DNA from: Macrostomum lignano
Taxonomy: Eukaryota
Direction of reading: 5' to 3'
Length of the DNA stretch: 64,000 bases
Assembly: GCA_002269645.1 (NCBI GenBank)
Contig: NIVC01000528.1
Location: 186,001 to 250,000, forward strand
The notes beneath the pieces were generated by a model, which had not been told where the DNA came from, ran no database searches, and saw nothing but the letters and a program-made list of their open reading frames with translations. Each line of letters opens with the position of its first letter. Within the stretch, counting starts at the first letter, position 1. This document shows, in pieces, positions 57,084 to 64,000 of the stretch. Made by a program: the position numbers and the translations under genes.

Positions 57084-59024
57084 ATGAGATCAAATAAGAC
57101 AAGTCCACAAAGTCTCAGACTAGACAGCTGTCGACAGGTGACTCGCTTGAAAGATGAAAACCGGACGGTATCAGCTGGTAGCGATAACACAATGCACCTG
57201 CTCTACTCGAGACAGTACTCGCTGTTCGCCGATGCTCTGAGCAAGAATCCGGAGCTGTTGCGGCACAGCGACTGCCGCTTCTGTGACGGACAACCGCAAG
57301 ACGGCGAGCTGTCGGAGGAGCAGCCCAAGCTGTCGCCGTTCAGCCTCGTGCTGCTCGCTCGGGACGACGAGCTGGCCAGCCGAGCAGTCGAGCTGGTCGA
57401 CAGCCTCGGTCTGTGGCACCGCGTCCGCTGCGCCCTGTTCCTCCTGGTGGACTTTTGCTGCTCCAGTCAGGCCTGCTCCGCTGACGAGGCGCAGCTCACT
57501 CGGCTCTTCGCCAGACTGTCGCGCCGGCATCCGGACGCCTGCGCTCGGCTGCTGAGCGAGGAGCTGACGGCCGACTGCCTGACACCGCTGGAGTACGCGG
57601 CGGCCAGGGACTGCTTCCACCTGGCGACAGCGTTCGCCAATGCGCCAGGATGCCTGATCAGAGAGCGGGAGCACCCGACCGACCCGAGCCTGCTGGTCGA
57701 GGAGGTCGACCTCAGCCTCTACTCCAGCGACGGCGACCGCTTTCTCAAGTCACCGTTCCTGCATTTCATCAGATTTTCACTGCCTGTTGTAAGTGACATC
57801 TATCCTTCCGGATTTCGCTGCTTCTTTTATAGTCCAGCGACTCAGGCATTTTTTAGCAGTGTCGCTAATCAAAGTTCCTCATCCAAGAAAGTCTTTGCGT
57901 CGCTGTTTCTGTACTTGCTTATGTACATATCCCTGCTTTCAACCATGACTGTTCGGATTTTCACCAAGGATACCTTCGACAAGAGTGTTCGGGTGTTTAT
58001 TCCTGGGAGTGGCAGCTCGAACCAATCCTACCTGCAGTTTTTTCCTGCCCCGGTTATTTCCGCCGTGCGGTACGTATTCTATCTGCGACTGGCTGTGCAA
58101 ATCTTTATGCTGCTCAGTTGGGTGAATTGGATTGTTGCTCGGGTCGTTGATTACCGAAGCCATTTGCTTCTGGTCCGCAAGCGCTGGAATGCGTTCAACT
58201 GGTTAAGCGAAATTGTGTTACTGAGGGGCTGCAGGGTACTGGAAGCATTTTCTGCATTCTTCATCTTGCAGCAGTTGCTCGCGATAGTCTTGGAACAGAG
58301 CTTCTTCAGCGACCCGAGCAGCTATTTTAAACAGGACGGCCGCGTGTTTGTGCAAGGTCCCCGCCTGCAATCCATCATCCTGCTCAACTACTACTACCTG
58401 TTCTCGCTTCAGCTCTTCTTCATTGCCGACATGGCCGCGCACTACCAGGTCTTTCTGAACGCTCTCTTCTGCATGCCCAAGGCGGTTAAACTTACGCTAC
58501 TAGTTTTCCTACCGGTGGTGACCACGTGCAGTACAATGATCCTCAGCCAGCCATTTATTGATTGTGAAGTCTACTCCTGGTCCTGTGCCATTGACTACAT
58601 TAGTCTCTCGTTTCGCTACGTGTTCAGTCTGTCCAGCTTTCCAGGCATCAGCGACTACATCACCCTGTGGCCGCAGATCGTGGTTTACCTGTTTGTTGGC
58701 ATATTCATTTTAAACTTTGGCGTCGCCCTGCTCACTCAGCAGATCGGCCTGCTGCAGGACGACTTAGAGATTCGTCAGGCAGTTCTTCGTGCCTTCTGGT
58801 CCCAGCAGTACGTAGTGATGAGCAGCAAGCTGTCTGGAATGTTTTGCTCCAAAAAGCGACGCCCAGTGCCGATGCGCAGAATTCTGTCCCGCCTCAGGAC
58901 GCAGGGATGCTGCCATGACAGCAGCTGCGGCACTGCTGGCTGCTGCATTCCAAACTGTTTGCGGCACAGTTTCAAGCTTCAGGCGCCGGAGGTAAACGCG
59001 GTTGAACGGTGTTCAGTCGTCTAG
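57084..59024 (+). CDS. Intronless 6-TM cation-channel-like protein, divergent TRPV-like, 646 aa
   Basis: Ankyrin-like LTPLEYAA followed by RE and EVDLSLY; six hydrophobic segments; a pore-helix-like SLSFRYVFSLSSF between TM5 and TM6; TM6 FILNFGVALL (compare LLNLLIA); FWSQQ at the TRP-box position; Cys-rich tail. Confidence 0.62.
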   Translation: MRSNKTSPQSLRLDSCRQVTRLKDENRTVSAGSDNTMHLLYSRQYSLFADALSKNPELLRHSDCRFCDGQPQDGELSEEQPKLSPFSLVLLARDDELASRAVELVDSLGLWHRVRCALFLLVDFCCSSQACSADEAQLTRLFARLSRRHPDACARLLSEELTADCLTPLEYAAARDCFHLATAFANAPGCLIREREHPTDPSLLVEEVDLSLYSSDGDRFLKSPFLHFIRFSLPVVSDIYPSGFRCFFYSPATQAFFSSVANQSSSSKKVFASLFLYLLMYISLLSTMTVRIFTKDTFDKSVRVFIPGSGSSNQSYLQFFPAPVISAVRYVFYLRLAVQIFMLLSWVNWIVARVVDYRSHLLLVRKRWNAFNWLSEIVLLRGCRVLEAFSAFFILQQLLAIVLEQSFFSDPSSYFKQDGRVFVQGPRLQSIILLNYYYLFSLQLFFIADMAAHYQVFLNALFCMPKAVKLTLLVFLPVVTTCSTMILSQPFIDCEVYSWSCAIDYISLSFRYVFSLSSFPGISDYITLWPQIVVYLFVGIFILNFGVALLTQQIGLLQDDLEIRQAVLRAFWSQQYVVMSSKLSGMFCSKKRRPVPMRRILSRLRTQGCCHDSSCGTAGCCIPNCLRHSFKLQAPEVNAVERCSVV

Positions 59025-60739
59025 TTCTAGCACCAACACCATAAAACTGAACTCAGTCTTTTAAACTTGCACATCTATATAACCTGTGTGCAGGGTATTA
59101 ATATCTGTTTTTATGGTGTACACCAAAATTTTATTCTCATGAGACTTACTAGACTGCAATCATAGACAACCAAGGTAGAAGGACGGGGCACTCGCAAATT
59201 CTGTCACTTTCTGTGGAGGCCGATTTTCCATGAAAAATGCGCTTTTTCTAAATGCGGTTTTTTAGAACGCTAACTGCATGTTAAATACTCGTAATTGGAA
59301 AATATGGCAATAAAGGTATGTAACTTCTAAACTTTTTAATTGTACTACTTACATGTACGAAGGAGAAGAGCTCGCGAGAGAGGCGTCTGCAGTCTTCATC
59401 CAACCGGAGTTCCGGACGAATGCGCGCAGGTCACGGATCCCGTTCTCGTCCATCCTTGGCGAGTAGCTGAAGTGACGCCTCCGCGCTTTGTTGAAGTGCG
59501 AGCAGAATGTGACGTGGTGCGCCGCTGTTCCCCCTCCAAGTTTGGTAGCAAAATGGCAAATATCCCGCTTTGTAGTGAAAAATGTCACTGGAAGAACCAA
59601 TGGCCAGTGATGCCCATGCACATCTCTCTGAGGTCAGTTTTACTTAAAGGAGATTAAGTACTCGGATATTTTTCAGTTTTTAGCTGCTTTGTTCCAGTGC
59701 AGCTGGTTCTGGTGGCTCAGCCAATCGTGAATGGCGCGGTTGACGGATGATTTCGAGTTGGCTCGTAGGCAGCTTGAATTACAAATCTAGCAGTCATGTG
59801 TTGGGCAGCCTGAGGTTGATTCACAAACCTCTTAAAAAACACCCACTTGACTCATTTAAATTCAGAAGTTCAATTGGTGAGGTAGTATTAATTTAGAGTG
59901 CTGCAACACTCAAACTTCCTATTTAGCTAAGGAAATGTTGAAGAAAAGCCCGGCCATCAGTGAAAGCCACAGAATTGTTGAGTGTTGCGCCGTGGTGGCT
60001 TTTGCTTTGTTATTACGAGCTAAATATAGTAATCTTTCCTAGTTTTTTTTGCGAAAATATTTAATGTTTTTTCACTCACTGTCTGCCGGCGCCGCACGGA
60101 CACATTTCGTATATGCCTGATGACACTGTCTAAATAAAAAGCTAAATTTAGTCTCTATGAAGTTGGTTGTCTCGGCAGGTCCTGTTTGACTGTCAGAACA
60201 AAATCGCTGGCAACAGTGGCTGCACTGGACTTGTTTGTCTTGAGCAAATTCAATGCCAGCCGGTAAAAGTATTCTAAAAAGCTGGGTAAAACTTGAATGT
60301 CTGCCTCGAACCTGCTCGACTCGTTCAATGAATTAACAAATTGAGTATTGCTTAAACAGTGAAGCACTGGTCCGCATCGACTTCAATAAATCTGGAAGAT
60401 ATTTACTATCGATTGGCTGCGCAAATAGCTCGATATCCAGGAAGTCAATTGCGATTGATTCAGTTGACCAAGATGTTGTAGACCGTCTTTCTCGGGGTGG
60501 CCTGGTAGGTCTTTTAATCCCACCGCTGCCACCAGTGTTGTACCTGTGGTTGTCCTGCTGTACAGCGCAGTGATTTAGGCTCTCCGTCTTCTCACTCGGA
60601 AGCCTTCTTAGCTCGTAGTAGCGTAGGTAGTGCTGCCACCAGTTCCTTCAGGTCTCGGCCTTCGGTGAGGTGAGCTTCCCGTCAGAACGAAATAACGAAG
60701 TCAACGAACACAGCACCAGGTGCAGATTTGCAGTTCAAC

Positions 60740-61478
60740 GTACTAGGCGTCTCGTCAGCGGTACCTGCCGGGCTTGGTTGGTAGAGGGAGGGCTGAGTTA
60801 GCCTCTCGTAGGCTTGGGGCGTTTAGTCGGGACTCAGTCAGACCAATAAGAACAGAACTTAACGCACACAGATGGGCTGACACTCAGAACTCGCGGTCTC
60901 GGGAAAACGACTCCTTGACGGAAACAAGGGGGAGAGGGCTCCTATTTATAGCCGGGAAACACCCACGCACAAGACCTCGTGACTCGTTCTATTTTTAGAA
61001 CTGACGTCACTTGAGGTCTCGGGGCAGGGTCTCAGTGCGCGCAAGACCTCGTGACTCGTTCTATTTTTAGAACTGACGTCACTTGAGGTCTCCGGCCAGA
61101 GTACACGCGGCTGTGACTCAGTTGCTATTTTTAGCAACATGAGTCACTCCTCTCCTTAGAGAAGGGAGGGGTCCGAAAGCACGTGACTCACCCGGTAAAC
61201 AGGGCCAACGAGTGCAGTAAACATGTTTACTGCACTTTAGCACTCAAAGAACGCAGAGTCTGTCATGTGACCTGCTCACATGACAGAGGAAAACGGGACG
61301 GAAACGAAACAGAGACAGCCCACAGCAGAGAAGCTGAGGGCTGAGAACAAAGACGCAGAAGGGCAGAACAGGCCAGGGCAGCAACAGACGGGCCAAGGGG
61401 AGCGGGAAGCTGACCAGCGGCAGACAGCAACCCAGGGCGAGGGCGAGGGAGACTGCTGACAAAGTGGGACGCCTAACA
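60740..61478. mobile_element. Solo LTR (~740 bp) with 5-bp TSD
   Basis: Imperfect inverted termini GTACTAGGCGTC ... GACGCCTAACA (TGTTAGGCGTC on the minus strand); TCAAC duplicated at 60735-60739 and 61479-61483; internal ~50-bp direct repeat at 60970-61090. Confidence 0.7.
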
Positions 61479-61729
61479 TCAACTAGCGGATCACTACAAA
61501 GAGCAAACAGCTTTTTCCATCTGGCGCATGCTCAGAAGCTGCGCCTAGGTTAACACCCTGCATCCATCGCTCTATATATATGTGCAGGTATCAGGCATGC
61601 AATCAGCAATCTAATCGTTCTTTTAGCAGGCTGACAGTCAATACCACAGTTTTCACATATAGAGGTTAAAATTTAGCACATCTAATTTAGTTAGCTGAAA
61701 TCTTAACATCTTATATTGCTCAGTTCGGA

Positions 61730-63626
61730 ATGCGACCTACCAAAGTTGCTCCTCATGAGCGAACCAGCAACGATACTGAGGTACTGAGAGTACAGGATGA
61801 AGAAGAAATCGAATTAAGAAATGTAGATAGGAAGACAATGCACCTGCTCTACTCGAGACAGTACTCGCTGTTCGCCGATGCTCTGAGCAAGAATCCGGAG
61901 CTGTTGCGGCACAGCGACTGCCGCTTCTGTGACGGACAACCGCAAGACGGCGAGCTGTCGGACGAGCAGCCCAAGCTGTCGCCGTTCTGCCTCGTGCTGC
62001 TCAGTCGGGACGACGAGCTGGCCAGCCGAGCCGTCGAGCTGGTCGACAGCCTCGGTCTGTGGGACCGCGTCCGCTGCGCCCTGTTCCTCCTGGTGGACTT
62101 TTGCTGCTCCAGCCTGGCCAGCCCGACTGACGAGGCGCAGCTCGCTCGGTTCTTCGCCAGACTGTCGCGCCGGCATCCGGACGCGTGCGCTCGGCTGCTG
62201 AGCGAGGAGCTGACGGCCGACTGCCTGACACCGCTGGAGTACGCGGCGGCCAGGGACTGCTTCCACCTGGCGACAGCGTTCGCCAATGCGCCCGGATACC
62301 TGATCAGAGAGCGGGAGCACCCGACCGACCCGAGCCTGCTGGTCGAGGAGGTCGACCTCAGCCTCTACTTCAGCGACGGCGACCGCTTTCTGAAGTCCCC
62401 GTTCCAACAGTTTCTCCGGTCGTCTCAAACGTTCTTGAATGAGAAAATCCCGAAAAGATGTGTCTGCTTTTTCAGCAGTCCAGTGGCTCAGGCCTATTTT
62501 GCAAGCGTGGCTCCAACGAAGCAGAGATGATTTCTTTGCTTAGTTTCGATTCTATTTTACGTTATTCTGTATGCAGCAGTGCTTTTAACAATGACCGTTC
62601 GAATATTTACTCGGGACACATTCGACTCCCGTGTGCAGGTGCTGCTTGATGGTGCCGAAAATTCAAGCCGGTCTTACCTGCAGCTCCTTCCGCCATCGCT
62701 GGTTGCTGCTTGTCGCTATGCATTATATGCTCGGATTGCGTTGCAAAGCTGTAGCCTGCTGGGCTGTCTGTTCTGGATTGCGGCACGAGTTGTTGACTTT
62801 CTCAGCCGGCTTCAGGCCGCCCGAAATCGTTTCGGAGCGTTTCACTGTTTTTTTAATATTTTTTTCATGAGAGTAGTTGGCCTGATGGAGCTGATTTCGA
62901 TATTATTCGTTATTCAGCAGATCGGATTTGTGGTATTGGAGCAGAGCTTCTTCAGCAACCCGGATAGCTACTTTGAGCTGAATGGACAACTGTTTGTCGA
63001 CTCTTACCGCATTCAAATGATTGTGACGTTCAACTATTACTACATGTACATCTTGCAGATGCTGTGTATTTCAGATCTGGCCATAAAGTTCAAACTGTTT
63101 TTAAAGATTCTACTCTGTAGTAGGTTCACAGTGAAGATGCTGTTTTGCATTTTTGTGCCCGTGTTCGTTGTTGGGTCAACTATGCTTCTCAGTTATCCAT
63201 TTTTAGAATGCTCGAATTACTCTTCAGCTTGCTTTCCGGAATATTTTGGTCGGGTGCTTCGCTTCATTTTCAGCCTATCCAGCTTTCCTGGGGTGATCGA
63301 CTCCATCTCTTATCTCTTATCGTTTATCGTGTTCAATTCGGTTCCAGTCTTCGACCTCAACTTCGGCGTAGCACTGCTCACCCAGCAGATCGCCGTGCTC
63401 TATGAGAACATGAAGTTTCGCAAGGTGATCGTCGAAACTTACTGGTCGATGCAGTACACTGCATGTCATTCGTTACAGGCTCTGTAGGCTTTTCCTATCG
63501 GCCAAGAATCGCCCAGTGGTCCTGCAGAGAGTTGTGTCCCAACTCCGAGTCGAGTGCACAAGCGGCAGCAAGAGCTGCTGCGTTCCGAACTGCTTTCGGC
63601 AACATTTTAAAAACATTTCCAAGTAG
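61730..63626 (+). pseudogene. Tandem paralog of the TRPV-like gene with one in-frame TGA and one frameshift
   Basis: ORFs 61730-62530 and 62579-63487 share a frame, separated only by TGA at 62528-62530. A +1 shift near 63455 recovers LFLSAKNRP...CCVPNCFRQHFK, homologous to paralog 1 MFCSKKRRP...CCIPNCLRHSFK. Confidence 0.82.
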
Positions 63627-64000
63627 CACTGCGTCAGTGTAAACTACGAGTTGTTAATTTGAACTAAATATTCCACTTGAATTCTGAGTCGAAAAAACGT
63701 AACACTTGCTTGCAATGTCATTTTGATAATGGATGTAGAGCTAGTTTTACAACTTTTTGCGAGCTTTTAAATAATGTTTAGGTCGGAACCCGAGCATCTA
63801 TCAAAGGCATAAAGTTTGAAAGCTTGCTATGGTAAACAGTTAATAGCAAATTGTAAACTATTATTCTAAGAATAACGTCGCAGATTTGATTCTCGGTGTA
63901 TTTATTAAAAATCTCGACTCGAAAATACGAAAATCTACTGAATAAAAAATCAAGTGGAAGAACGTAGAATCTCACATAATTCGTTTTAAAAAATCTTTGA

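Noticed and set aside
59345-59530. Candidate minus-strand exon ending in AT|GTAAGT
   Set aside because: Good donor but no recognisable protein and no partner exons found.
60155-60480. DFLD motif on the minus strand suggesting a Penelope RT fragment
   Set aside because: A single short motif in a frame closed by stops; no other RT motifs.
62528-62530. Selenocysteine recoding of the in-frame TGA
   Set aside because: The aligned paralog position is not Cys, no SECIS was recognised, and a second lesion (frameshift) exists downstream.

Overview
Eukaryotic (animal) genomic DNA. GC-rich, Ala/Ser-rich exons alternate with minisatellite-filled introns, a style typical of the flatworm Macrostomum; this species assignment is inference only. 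Manual splice-phase reconstruction supports these genes: a single-pass Asn/Pro-rich membrane protein (2603-5302, +, one apparent 1-nt deletion) followed by a rearranged partial duplicate; a LITAF-domain gene (8357-9004, -) head-to-head with a two-PPxY membrane protein (9790-10260, +); a 5-exon mitochondrial-type DnaJ gene (12499-15554, -) head-to-head with a 13-exon BLTP3/UHRF1BP1-family gene (18222-38784, +); a divergent 7TM receptor (42667-44801, -); a WSC+PAN-like secreted protein and a decayed paralog flanking a 79-bp x ~28 array; an intronless bacterial-style PLP aminotransferase (54574-55767); and a tandem pair of intronless TRPV-like channel genes, the second disrupted. Mobile DNA comprises a Gypsy integrase relic, two solo LTRs with 5-bp TSDs, a Tc1/IS630 fragment, a full-length but broken LOA/R1-group LINE with a 14-bp TSD, a MITE, and a 251-bp Penelope-like remnant that is a ~100-bp inverted repeat carrying two minimal hammerhead ribozymes. 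Most long ORFs in the supplied track are translations of tandem repeats. The strongest leads are the paired hammerheads, the possible horizontally acquired aminotransferase, the mosaic TRPV-like pair with a motif-dense LTR between them, the CpG-free island at the DnaJ/BLTP3 divergent promoter, and a different minisatellite in almost every intron. All coordinates, counts and identities were derived by eye; no searches were run.
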